DNA of 64,000 nt from an uncultured Pelagibacteraceae bacterium (GTDB lineage Bacteria; Pseudomonadota; Alphaproteobacteria; Pelagibacterales; Pelagibacteraceae), in assembly GCA_902596205.1 (NCBI GenBank), contig CACJSY010000003.1:54859-118858 (forward strand), given 5' to 3'. The notes below the pieces were generated by a model. That model was not told where the DNA came from. It saw nothing but the letters and a program-made list of their open reading frames with translations, and did not search any database. This document shows, piece by piece, positions 30,349-39,695 of this stretch (position 1 is the stretch's first letter; each line of letters begins with the position of its first letter). Position numbers and translations under genes: made by a program.

Positions 30349-31032
30349 TTAATTTACTTTTTTAATTCGATACTCCCAATAACCCCTTTTATCAAATGCT
30401 GCTTTTACCCATAGATATGTATCTTCTTCATACCAAATATCTGTATTCAGTTTCTTATTATCTGGTAGAGTTTCGTCAGAAGATTTAAAATTAAAACGCA
30501 TGGTATTGTAAATTTTATCTCCAATTTTAATTTCTTCTTTGCCTATAAAAGTTACTTTTTGCTCAATAATCCTTCCTGAAATACCGCTAATTTGTGCTTC
30601 TGCCTTAATAATCTCATGGTTCCACCAAGTTCCCACTATGAAATCCTTATTAGCTTTCCCTTTAAAAGAAGATCCATCAATAATAAGATTTTTGCCATCT
30701 AGATCTACTTTGATATTAACGTATCTATCTTTTTTGTTTTGTTTTGTTTTGGATGAATAACTCTTAAAAACTCCATTTTCATAATTTTCTTCACTTTTTG
30801 CAAAATATTTATACAGATCAACACCTAATTTAGTTATTTTAAAACTCACTTCGCTTGAAATGGATAATTTTTGACCATCTCTATTAAAATCATATTTGTG
30901 GTAACCGATAGATGTATTATTTCTAAATAGTTCATACTCTAAATAATTATATTTTTTATAGTGCTCTACATGACTAAATGTACTCATGTTTAATGCAAAA
31001 AAAATTGCAATTGAAAGTATAATTTTTTTCAT
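30349..31032 (-). CDS. Exported beta-rich protein (DUF6134-like)
   Basis: Signal peptide, YELFRNNTSIGYH motif and a beta-strand pattern. The family assignment is from recall. Confidence 0.65.
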   Translation of the reverse strand: MKKIILSIAIFFALNMSTFSHVEHYKKYNYLEYELFRNNTSIGYHKYDFNRDGQKLSISSEVSFKITKLGVDLYKYFAKSEENYENGVFKSYSSKTKQNKKDRYVNIKVDLDGKNLIIDGSSFKGKANKDFIVGTWWNHEIIKAEAQISGISGRIIEQKVTFIGKEEIKIGDKIYNTMRFNFKSSDETLPDNKKLNTDIWYEEDTYLWVKAAFDKRGYWEYRIKKVN

Positions 31033-31044
31033 ATATTTAATGAT

Positions 31045-32040
31045 ATGGAAACAAACACAATCTTAAATCAAATTGGAAATACACCATTAGTAAAGTTAAA
31101 ACAAGCCTCAGAATTGACAGGTTGCCATATTTACGGAAAAGCTGAATATTTTAATCCTGGTGAATCTGTCAAAGATAGAGCAGCCTTGTTTATAGTTAAA
31201 GACGCACTAAGAAAAAAACTTATTTCTAAAGGAGGCACTATAGTTGAGGGTACTGCGGGTAATACTGGAATTGGGCTGGCTATTGTTTGCAAAGAATACG
31301 ATTTAAAACTTAAAATTGTGATACCTAAAACTCAATCAATCGAAAAAAAAGAAACTTTAAGGCAATTGGGAGCAGAACTTATAGAAGTAGACGCTGTTCC
31401 GTATTCTGACCCTAAAAATTATATCAAACAATCAAAAAAAATTGCTGAAGATTTAAATAAAATAGACTCTAATGGTGTTTATTGGGCTAACCAATTTGAC
31501 AATATCGTTAATACTGAAGCTCATATTCAAACTACGGCTGAAGAAATTTGGAGTCAAACCGCTGGTATGATAGACGGATTTACATGTGCAGTGGGAACTG
31601 GAGGAACATTGGCTGGTGTTTCAATTGGATTAAAGGAAAAAAATAAAGCTATTAAAATTGCTTTATCAGACCCGATGGGATCTTCTCTTTACTCCTATTT
31701 AAAAAATAATAAATTAGAAAGTTCCGGCAACTCGATTACCGAGGGCATTGGAACTGGTAGGATAACAAAAAACTTTGACAGAGCATTAGTGGATGATGCT
31801 TTTCAAACTGATGATACTGAAGCTTTAAATATAGTTTACGATTTAATAGAAAAACAAAAAATAGTTTTAGGTGGATCTTCAGGAATTAATATCGCTGGAG
31901 CAATTAAACTTGCAAAAAAAATGGGTCCTGGAAAGACAATTGTTACGATTCTTTGCGATCATGGCAAAAGATATGCAAGTAAAATATTTAATAAAGAATT
32001 TTTAAAAAGTAAGAAATTGCCAGTACCGAAATGGCTATAA
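31045..32040 (+). CDS. cysK: Cysteine synthase A-like PLP enzyme
   Basis: [15 protein letters not shown] (PLP Lys), TAGNTG, NQFDN, GTGGT and EGIG motifs. Confidence 0.88.
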   Translation: METNTILNQIGNTPLVKLKQASELTGCHIYGKAEYFNPGESVKDRAALFIVKDALRKKLISKGGTIVEGTAGNTGIGLAIVCKEYDLKLKIVIPKTQSIEKKETLRQLGAELIEVDAVPYSDPKNYIKQSKKIAEDLNKIDSNGVYWANQFDNIVNTEAHIQTTAEEIWSQTAGMIDGFTCAVGTGGTLAGVSIGLKEKNKAIKIALSDPMGSSLYSYLKNNKLESSGNSITEGIGTGRITKNFDRALVDDAFQTDDTEALNIVYDLIEKQKIVLGGSSGINIAGAIKLAKKMGPGKTIVTILCDHGKRYASKIFNKEFLKSKKLPVPKWL

Positions 32041-32766
32041 AATCTGGCTCAAGAAAAGTTTAGTTCTATCCGACTTTGGATTTTCAAAAAATTCTTTAGT
32101 CTTAGCACGTTCAACAATTTTTCCCTCATCCATGAAAATCATATAATCCGCAACCTCTTTAGCAAATCCCATTTCATGAGTTACTACTATCATTGTCATT
32201 CCGCCTTTAGCTAAATCAACCATTACATCTAAAACTTCTTTAATCATTTCAGGGTCAAGAGCAGATGTTGGTTCATCAAATAACATAATCTTTGGTTCCA
32301 TGCAGAGCGCTCTTGCTATTGCCGCTCTCTGCTGTTGCCCTCCTGAAAGTTGACCGGGAAATTTTAAAGCTTGGTCATCAATTTGAACTCTCTTTAAGTT
32401 ATTCATTGCAATTTCTTCAGCTTGTTTTTTAGGAAGTTTTTTTACCCAAATAGGTGCTAATGAACAATTATCTAAAACAGATAAGTGAGGGAATAAGTTA
32501 AACTGCTGAAATACCATTCCAACTTCAGCTCTTATTTTTTCAATATTTTTTGTGTTCTCAGAAAGTTCAGTTCCATCTACAACAATATTACCTTCTTGAT
32601 GTTCCTCAAGTCGATTTATGCAACGTATCAACGTAGATTTGCCTGAGCCTGAAGGTCCGCAAATTACTATTTTTTCCTGAGATGATACATCTAAATCAAT
32701 GTCTTTTAGAACTTGAAATTTATCAAACCATTTATTTACTTTTTTTAATTCTATAATTTTTGCCAT
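32035..32766 (-). CDS. aapP: General L-amino acid ABC transporter ATP-binding protein
   Basis: [16 protein letters not shown] and [11 protein letters not shown] motifs. Confidence 0.93.
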   Translation of the reverse strand: MAKIIELKKVNKWFDKFQVLKDIDLDVSSQEKIVICGPSGSGKSTLIRCINRLEEHQEGNIVVDGTELSENTKNIEKIRAEVGMVFQQFNLFPHLSVLDNCSLAPIWVKKLPKKQAEEIAMNNLKRVQIDDQALKFPGQLSGGQQQRAAIARALCMEPKIMLFDEPTSALDPEMIKEVLDVMVDLAKGGMTMIVVTHEMGFAKEVADYMIFMDEGKIVERAKTKEFFENPKSDRTKLFLSQIL

Positions 32767-32768
32767 TT

Positions 32769-34040
32769 TTATCTTTCAGAACTCAATTTTTTTTCTAAGC
32801 TTTGGCTGTATTTACTCATAACATAACAGATTAAAAAGAAAATTAAACCTGCAAAAATATATCCTTCCATTGCCAAGCCAAGCCATTTTGGATTAGTTTT
32901 TGCTAGATTGGTCATTCCTACTATCTCGAGGAGACCTACTACGAAAATTAAAGGGGTGTCTTTTACTAAAGCTAAAAAAGTATTAGCTATTCCTGGAATT
33001 ACTATTTTTAATGCTTGAGGTAATATTATTAAATAATTAGATTTCCAATATCCCATCCCTAGAGATCTAGCAGCTTCATACTGCCCTTTTGGCAATGCTT
33101 GTAAACCACCTCTTATAACCTCAGCTATATATGCGGCTTCAAATAATGCAATGGCAAATATCGCTCTCACTAAAGTATCAATATAAACTCCAGATGGAAG
33201 AAATAGAGGAAATATGACCGCTGACATAAACAAAACAGTGATTAAGGGCACTCCTCTCCAAAATTCTATAAATCCAATAGATACATACCTCACTGCGATA
33301 AGCTTAGATCTTCTTCCAAGAGCTAAAAATAGGCCAATGGGAAAACAAAAAATTAACGCAAAAAACGCAACAATAAAAGTGAGCGAGAGTCCGCCCCAAG
33401 CATTAGTTTGAACCCATTCCAAATTGAATACACCCCCAGAAACTAGAAAATAAATTATTATAAACGCTAAAATAGGATATACGACAGCATAATATAATAT
33501 TAAGTATCTTTTTATTTTTTCATTCGAAAACAAACCAAATAAACCAAAAACAATTATCAAGATAAATGAAATATTTATTCTCCATATTTCTGAAGCCGGG
33601 TACATTCCATAAATAAATCTCTCAAACCATACTTTTATATAAACCCAACATGCACCTGAACCAGTACAAGCATCCTTATTATCTCCAACAAAATTAGCGT
33701 CTATTATAAACCAGCTAAGAAATATAGGCATTATCTTGATGATTGAAAAAGAAATTATTAACGTACAAAGCGCGTTAAAATTATTTAAATTTATTTTTTT
33801 GTTAAATATATCCAAATATTTTTTTCCTGAGTATTCTATCCTGATTAGGTAGAAACCAATCATTCCTAGAAGCAAAGGTAGCACCTTATTTACTGGGCCA
33901 ATTATAAAAAAAGATGGATTTAAATTATAGAATGTATTTAAAAAAATATCTAAAAAACTCAAAAGTATTAAAAAGCTCCCTACTGGTAAACATATATTTA
34001 AATTACTAATATTAGGTTTTATAAAAAAAATTTTTCTCAT
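32769..34040 (-). CDS. aapM: General L-amino acid ABC transporter permease
   Basis: GACW, WGGL, RGVPLI and [19 protein letters not shown] motifs. Confidence 0.92.
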   Translation of the reverse strand: MRKIFFIKPNISNLNICLPVGSFLILLSFLDIFLNTFYNLNPSFFIIGPVNKVLPLLLGMIGFYLIRIEYSGKKYLDIFNKKINLNNFNALCTLIISFSIIKIMPIFLSWFIIDANFVGDNKDACTGSGACWVYIKVWFERFIYGMYPASEIWRINISFILIIVFGLFGLFSNEKIKRYLILYYAVVYPILAFIIIYFLVSGGVFNLEWVQTNAWGGLSLTFIVAFFALIFCFPIGLFLALGRRSKLIAVRYVSIGFIEFWRGVPLITVLFMSAVIFPLFLPSGVYIDTLVRAIFAIALFEAAYIAEVIRGGLQALPKGQYEAARSLGMGYWKSNYLIILPQALKIVIPGIANTFLALVKDTPLIFVVGLLEIVGMTNLAKTNPKWLGLAMEGYIFAGLIFFLICYVMSKYSQSLEKKLSSER

Positions 34041-35188
34041 TTTTCTGTGATTTGCTGTTTCTTATTGTACCAATTCATTAAAACTGAAGTAAGAATACTT
34101 AATAATAAATAAGTAAACATTACCATTGAGACTATTTCTATCGCTTTACCTGTTTGCATTAAAGCAGTACCAGCAAATACAAGAGCCAAATCTGGATAAG
34201 CAATAGCAGAAGCTAAAGATGAATTTTTTGTTAAATTTAAATATTGATTAGTGGTTGGAGGAATAATCACTCTTAAAGCCTGAGGCATAACTATTAATTT
34301 TAAAACTAAATTAGGGTTTAAACCCAAAGAAGCTGCGGCTTCTTTCTGACCTTTTCCGATAGCTTCTATACCCGCTCTAACACACTCTGCTATAAACGTA
34401 GCTGTGTACAATGACAAAGCAAAAAGCAAGGCTATAAACTCTGGTGGTATTTCTAAGCCACCTTCAAAAGTATAAGTTGTTTCTGATAATTTCAACAGTT
34501 CAGGTTTTTCTATTGAGAAACTCGAAAAACCAAAAATTAGAGATAGAGATGGTAAAATTAACAATATTGCAACGGATATTAAAAAAATTGGAAATTGTGT
34601 TCCGTCTTTTTCTTGAATTTTTTTAGTATAGAACTTAGTAACAATTATTAAAAAAATTGAAATAATAAATAGCGTTAAAAATACATAAAAATTTTCCCAT
34701 CTTAACGCTGGTAGATAAAGTGCTTTTATTGTTAAATAACTTGAAAAGAAAAACTCTCCTGCATCCTGGGGTAAAGGCAAGACTCTTAATGCAGCATAAT
34801 ACCAAAAAAATAATTGTAAAAGTAAAGGTAAATTTCTAAAAAACTCTACATATGCTGACGCCAAATTATTAATCAAATAATTTTTTGACAATCTTGCGAT
34901 ACCTACTATCACACCTAATATTGTTGCAAAAATAATTCCAAAAAAAGCTACAAGTATAGTATTTAGCAATCCTACTAAATATGCTCTTAGATATGTCGAG
35001 GATCTACTGTATTCAATTAACGTGAATTGAATATCAAAAGATGCTTCTCTGTTTAAAAAACCAAATCCAAATTGCAAACCTCTATTCGACATATTTATTT
35101 GAGCGTTGGTAGCAAAAAATATGAACAGCGAAACAATTGATAAAATGAGTGCTGACTGTAAAAGGTATTTTTTATTTTTGTTGTTCAT
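34037..35188 (-). CDS. aapQ: General L-amino acid ABC transporter permease
   Basis: GFGFL, GLLNT, RNLPLLLQLFFWY, GQKEAA and KNSSLA motifs. Confidence 0.92.
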   Translation of the reverse strand: MNNKNKKYLLQSALILSIVSLFIFFATNAQINMSNRGLQFGFGFLNREASFDIQFTLIEYSRSSTYLRAYLVGLLNTILVAFFGIIFATILGVIVGIARLSKNYLINNLASAYVEFFRNLPLLLQLFFWYYAALRVLPLPQDAGEFFFSSYLTIKALYLPALRWENFYVFLTLFIISIFLIIVTKFYTKKIQEKDGTQFPIFLISVAILLILPSLSLIFGFSSFSIEKPELLKLSETTYTFEGGLEIPPEFIALLFALSLYTATFIAECVRAGIEAIGKGQKEAAASLGLNPNLVLKLIVMPQALRVIIPPTTNQYLNLTKNSSLASAIAYPDLALVFAGTALMQTGKAIEIVSMVMFTYLLLSILTSVLMNWYNKKQQITEK

Positions 35189-35198
35189 AAACAGTTAT

Positions 35199-35230
35199 AA
35201 AAAAAAGGGCTAGATTAATCTAGCCCTTTT
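35199..35230 (-). terminator. Intrinsic terminator-like palindrome after aapJ
   Basis: AAAAGGGCTAGATTAATCTAGCCCTTTT (35203-35230), with a U-tract on the minus strand. Confidence 0.8.
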
Positions 35231-35249
35231 AGTTTCAATTATGAATAAA

Positions 35250-36296
35250 TTACCTTAATGGTGGTACATATATAATTCCACCGTTAGTCCAGAGTTCATT
35301 TGCTCCTCTGTTACCAGGTAAAATTCCAGAATCTTGAAGATGTTTTTTATAAACTTCACCATAATTTCCAACTTGAGTTATTATTCTATAACCCCAATCG
35401 TTATCTAGTCCAAGTTTTATTCCCATGTCATCTTCAACGCCGAGAATTTTTTTATGAGCTGGATTATCTGACGACTTTAATGAATCAGCATTACCAGAGT
35501 TAATTCCATATTCTTCAGCTTCTATCATAACATTTAGAGACCATCTTACAATGTCTTCCCAAATCGGGTCACCTTGTCTTACTACAGGGCCTAAAGGTTC
35601 TTTAGATATAGTTTCAGGTAACACGATATGTGCATCTGGATTTGGAAGAACTGTTCTTTGTGCAGCAAGACCTGATTTATCAGTCGTGTAAGCATCACAT
35701 CTTCCAGCTCCATAAGTGTCTCTAGCCTCGTCTGCTTTCTCGAAACCAACAAGTTTATATTCTAAACCTTTTCTTGCCATAAAATCTGCAAGGTTAAGTT
35801 CAGTTGTTGTTCCGATATTCGTACACACAGACATTCCAGCTCTAAAATCATCAGTTGATTTCATTCCAGAGGCTTTTGGAACCATGAAGCCTTGACCATC
35901 ATAAAAATTAACACCTACGAAAGTTAATCCTAATTCTGCATCTCTAGTTAAAGTCCAAGTAGTATTTCTCGCTAATACATCAACTTGTTTTGCCTTTAAC
36001 GCTTCAAATCTTTCTTTTGCACTAAGTGGAAAGTATTTTACTTTTTCAGCGTCTTCCAGCACGGCAGCTGCGACAGCTCTACATACGTCTACGTCAATAC
36101 CAGACCAGTTTCCTGATTCATCTGCATTAGAAAAACCGGCTAATCCTTGTGAAACTCCGCATTTCACAAAACCAGCTTTCTTAGTATCGTCTAAAGTTTT
36201 AGATTTTTTTGAACCTCCTCCTCCACCTTGGCCGCAAGCGACTAAAAGCAGAGACGCAAATCCAACTAAAATCCAAGTTTTGATTGATTTGATCAT
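35250..36296 (-). CDS. aapJ: General L-amino acid ABC substrate-binding protein (AapJ/BztA/YhdW), predicted lipoprotein
   Basis: CGVS, GIDVDVCRAVAAA, RNTTWT, YDGQGF, ISKEPLGP and GNYGE motifs. Start ATG 36296 follows RBS AGAGGA; lipobox LLVAC. Confidence 0.93.
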   Translation of the reverse strand: MIKSIKTWILVGFASLLLVACGQGGGGGSKKSKTLDDTKKAGFVKCGVSQGLAGFSNADESGNWSGIDVDVCRAVAAAVLEDAEKVKYFPLSAKERFEALKAKQVDVLARNTTWTLTRDAELGLTFVGVNFYDGQGFMVPKASGMKSTDDFRAGMSVCTNIGTTTELNLADFMARKGLEYKLVGFEKADEARDTYGAGRCDAYTTDKSGLAAQRTVLPNPDAHIVLPETISKEPLGPVVRQGDPIWEDIVRWSLNVMIEAEEYGINSGNADSLKSSDNPAHKKILGVEDDMGIKLGLDNDWGYRIITQVGNYGEVYKKHLQDSGILPGNRGANELWTNGGIIYVPPLR

Positions 36297-36335
36297 ATTA
36301 ATGATATCCTCTTTAGTTATTATTGTTAACAATAT

Positions 36336-36356
36336 TTTTGAAACGAAGTTTCAAAA
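36336..36356. promoter_or_regulatory. Inverted repeat upstream of aapJ (operator or leader hairpin)
   Basis: TTTTGAAAC-GAA-GTTTCAAAA, 40 bp upstream of the start codon. Confidence 0.4.
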
Positions 36357-36473
36357 CATGTTTTAGTATGATCTTTTTTAGATTGAAATACAATTGTACA
36401 AAATTTGAGGATAAATAAATATAGGGATCAAGATTAACTTTTATCTATATATATAAAAATACAACTACATTCT

Positions 36474-37511
36474 CTAAGTTTTTTTGGTCAACTCTATTAA
36501 CCTACTAGTAGTTCTTTTAAAAGTTTGTAAATGTTTTTTAGATGAACCTAAATTATTAAGATCATTTGCTAATGATAAGGATAGTGTTATTTTTTTTTCA
36601 TAAAGAATGTCTACTAAAGTAATAAATCTTAGTTGTTGATTAGAATTATCATCATTAAAAGTGGGAATTTCTTCAATAAAAATGTGATCACTAATTTTTG
36701 AAATATCAATATAATCTTCGGCTCCTAAATTTTTGTCGCATAAATCACTAAATTTTAATCTAAGAATACCATTATAAAAATCATTAATTATAAACTCTCT
36801 TCCTTTAGTGGTTATCTTCTTTATTTCCTTTTTTTTATTTTTAGTAAATTCTCGAAAACTCTTATTAATCATGAATAAGGTACTTTCATTTAATGGATAA
36901 AATAATCTTTGATCCGTGTTTAAGCCTTTTAGTCTATAATCGTCTTTTAATAATAATTCCTTTTGAATTGAATATTTTTTTATAATTGAAATAAACGGTA
37001 AAAATTGTTCTCGCTGCAATCCATCCATATAAAGATCATTTAATTTTGTATTTGTAGTTATTATAATCATAATTTTTTCAGAAAAAATTACTTCAAATAA
37101 TTTTCCTAAAATCATGGCATCAACAATATTAGTCACTTGAAATTCATCTAAATATATTAGCTTGTAATTTTTTTTGAGGTTTTTAACAAAAGAAATTATT
37201 GAATTATCTCCTTCTTTATCATGTCTAAAATCGTGAAAACTAATCATAAATTCATTAAAATGTAATCTAAGTTTTTTCATTTTTAATTGATCATAAACGA
37301 AATTAAGTAACATGGTTTTCCCCACACCAATGTTTCCGTGTAAATAAAAACAAAGTTTATTATTTGATTTAAAAAAAAAATTTGAGAAATTTTTTTTAGG
37401 ATTTAAAAATTCATTAAAAAGTTTAATTATTTCTATTTGTTGTACATTTATTTCAAATTTATTTTTCTTACAGAATTCTTTAAATAAATTTATATATTGA
37501 TCATTCTGCAT
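36474..37511 (-). CDS. zapE: AFG1/ZapE-family ATPase
   Basis: GNIGVGKTML, RLHF, DEFQV, GLQR, DYR, RFITLVDILYE and RTTSRL motifs. Confidence 0.92.
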   Translation of the reverse strand: MQNDQYINLFKEFCKKNKFEINVQQIEIIKLFNEFLNPKKNFSNFFFKSNNKLCFYLHGNIGVGKTMLLNFVYDQLKMKKLRLHFNEFMISFHDFRHDKEGDNSIISFVKNLKKNYKLIYLDEFQVTNIVDAMILGKLFEVIFSEKIMIIITTNTKLNDLYMDGLQREQFLPFISIIKKYSIQKELLLKDDYRLKGLNTDQRLFYPLNESTLFMINKSFREFTKNKKKEIKKITTKGREFIINDFYNGILRLKFSDLCDKNLGAEDYIDISKISDHIFIEEIPTFNDDNSNQQLRFITLVDILYEKKITLSLSLANDLNNLGSSKKHLQTFKRTTSRLIELTKKT

Positions 37512-38486
37512 TTATTGAAAAGTTTTTTCCCATTTTATGCAGCTTTTAACTATAAAACTTAGTTTATTATACTTAGGTCTCCATTTTATAAATTTTTTAA
37601 GTTTTTGCGTGTTAGCAATAATCATTGCCATATCGCCTTTTCTTTTTGACAATTTTTGTATGATTATTTTTTTTCTTATATTTTTTTTAAATTCATTTAT
37701 TACGTCTTTAACTGATTTTCCTTTTGAGTATCCACAATTAAATATGCCCGATTTATTTAACTTATGTATTTTTGCTAACACCTTTGAGTGAATCTCCGCA
37801 ATATCACTCACGTGAATATAATCACGGATACAGGTACCATCTAGAGTCTTGTAATTACTCCCATAAATTCTGAACTTTGGTTTTTTTTTGTAAACTTCTA
37901 CAGATAAGTTTTTAAATAATTGGTCACCCTTGTTAATTTGACCAATTTTACCACTTGAGCTAGCTCCAGCAACGTTAAAAAATCTCAGTATTCCATAATT
38001 AATTTTATTTTTTTTACAAAATTTAATTATCAATTTTTCACCCATAAGTTTTGTTTTACCATAAATACTCGTTGGTTTGAGTTTGGATGTTTCGCTAACT
38101 CTAGACAAACCATCTTTGTAGACTGCACATGTAGAAGAAAAAATAATATTTTTAATTTTTGATCCTTTAATTGCATTCAATAGTTTTTGGGTTCCTTTAA
38201 CGTTTATCCTAAAATATTTTTTTGGTTTTTTTTGGCTTTCACCAACCGATAAAGCTGCTGCAAGATGTATTACTGAGTCTATCTTGTTTTCTTTTATAAT
38301 CTTCTTAATTTTATTTTCGTTAAGAATATCACAATGAAAAAATTTTGATTTTTTATTTATTAGCTTTTTATAACCAGTAGATAAATCGTCTGCTATAAAA
38401 ACTTGTTTTTTTTGTTTAATTAACAATTCAGAAACATGCGCACCTATATAACCAGCTCCCCCGGTCACGAGAATTTTTTTAATCAT
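37512..38486 (-). CDS. galE: UDP-glucose 4-epimerase
   Basis: GGAGYIG, SVGES, FSST, YGKTK and DGTCIRDYIHV motifs. Confidence 0.93.
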   Translation of the reverse strand: MIKKILVTGGAGYIGAHVSELLIKQKKQVFIADDLSTGYKKLINKKSKFFHCDILNENKIKKIIKENKIDSVIHLAAALSVGESQKKPKKYFRINVKGTQKLLNAIKGSKIKNIIFSSTCAVYKDGLSRVSETSKLKPTSIYGKTKLMGEKLIIKFCKKNKINYGILRFFNVAGASSSGKIGQINKGDQLFKNLSVEVYKKKPKFRIYGSNYKTLDGTCIRDYIHVSDIAEIHSKVLAKIHKLNKSGIFNCGYSKGKSVKDVINEFKKNIRKKIIIQKLSKRKGDMAMIIANTQKLKKFIKWRPKYNKLSFIVKSCIKWEKTFQ

Positions 38487-38515
38487 TTTTAATTTTAAAC
38501 AAAATTTAAATTTTA

Positions 38516-38592
38516 TGGCGCGCCCTGAAGGATTCGAACCTACGACCCTCGGTTTAGAAAACCGATGCTCTATCCAGCTGAGCTAAGGGCGC
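38516..38592 (-). tRNA. tRNA-Arg (TCT)
   Basis: The minus strand reads GCGCCCTTAGCTCAGCTGGATAGAGC-A-TCGGT-TTTCTAA-ACCGA...GTTCGAATCC...GGGCGCGCCA. There is one T-stem mismatch. Confidence 0.95.
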
Positions 38593-38612
38593 CAAACAAT
38601 TATTATATTTAC

Positions 38613-39683
38613 TTAAAAACATACTAAGTGGTCAATATAAATCGGTGATTGAATTCCAAATTTTTCGTTCCTCTCATGTTGGTGTATATGATGAGAGTGG
38701 ACAAATACCGGTAAATGTTCACCTTTATTAGTTTTTAAAGTGTAAACAAAATTTGTACCTCTAAATTTTCTATCTACTACCTCTAATTTTAATTTGCTTT
38801 GATCATCATGAATTAAATCTTCAGGTTGTAAAAGTAATTTTACTTTTGATCCTGATGGAAAATTACTTGAAAGTTTACCTCTAATTTCACCTAATTCAGG
38901 ATGCTCCAGTCTGTGTACAGCGCACTCGCTATCAATAACTTTAACATTTATAAATACTCCCTTGTTTAAAAAATTTGCTACCTCAATAGAATTCGGTTCG
39001 TGATGAACATTATAAGGAACATCATATTGTTTTAATTCTTGATCTAAAATGATTCCACACTTATCAGCCATTGAAAATGCTTCGTAAGAATCATGAGTAA
39101 CTATTATAGTGGTTAGATTAATTCTTTTTAAAAGTTTTTTTACTGAAACCTGAATTTCGTCTTTTAAACTTTGATCAATATTTGAAAAAGGCTCATCTAA
39201 AAGAAGCAGATCTGGTTTTGACATTAACGATCTTGCCAGTGAAACTCTTTGAGCTTCACCTGCACTTATTTGGTGAGGAAATTTTTCTAATATTGGCTCT
39301 ATCCTTAACAATTTTATGATTTCATTAGATTTTAATGATGAGCCGTTACCATTTAACCTCTTTTTTCCGAAATTAATATTGTCTATTACTTTGTAATTTG
39401 GGAAAAGAGAATTGTCCTGAAATGATAAAGCTATATTTCTCTCCTCCGGTTCAACATGCACTGAATTAGAAGATAAGGTTTTGCCTTTTAATATTATCTT
39501 ACCGTTAGTAAGTTTTTGAAGACCGGCGATGGTTCTTAAAATAGTTGTTTTTCCTATTCCAGATGGACCCAAAAGAGAAATGATTTCTCCTTGGTTTTTA
39601 ATTACAAGATTAACATTATTTACTTTATTTTTTTCACTTGCGGAAAAACTTCCGTTTTGAATTTCTAAAAAATTCTTATCCAT
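38613..39683 (-). CDS. fbpC: Fe3+ ABC transporter ATP-binding protein
   Basis: GPSGIGKT, ISAGEAQR and LDEPFS motifs; His-rich C-terminus; operon context. Confidence 0.88.
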   Translation of the reverse strand: MDKNFLEIQNGSFSASEKNKVNNVNLVIKNQGEIISLLGPSGIGKTTILRTIAGLQKLTNGKIILKGKTLSSNSVHVEPEERNIALSFQDNSLFPNYKVIDNINFGKKRLNGNGSSLKSNEIIKLLRIEPILEKFPHQISAGEAQRVSLARSLMSKPDLLLLDEPFSNIDQSLKDEIQVSVKKLLKRINLTTIIVTHDSYEAFSMADKCGIILDQELKQYDVPYNVHHEPNSIEVANFLNKGVFINVKVIDSECAVHRLEHPELGEIRGKLSSNFPSGSKVKLLLQPEDLIHDDQSKLKLEVVDRKFRGTNFVYTLKTNKGEHLPVFVHSHHIHQHERNEKFGIQSPIYIDHLVCF

Positions 39684-39695
39684 TTAAGGATTATA

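Noticed and set aside
38487-38612. tRNA-Arg as an attachment site for the iron/glycolysis/glycerol block
   Set aside because: No att repeat or mobility gene is visible. Rearrangement or homologous replacement cannot be distinguished from sequence alone.
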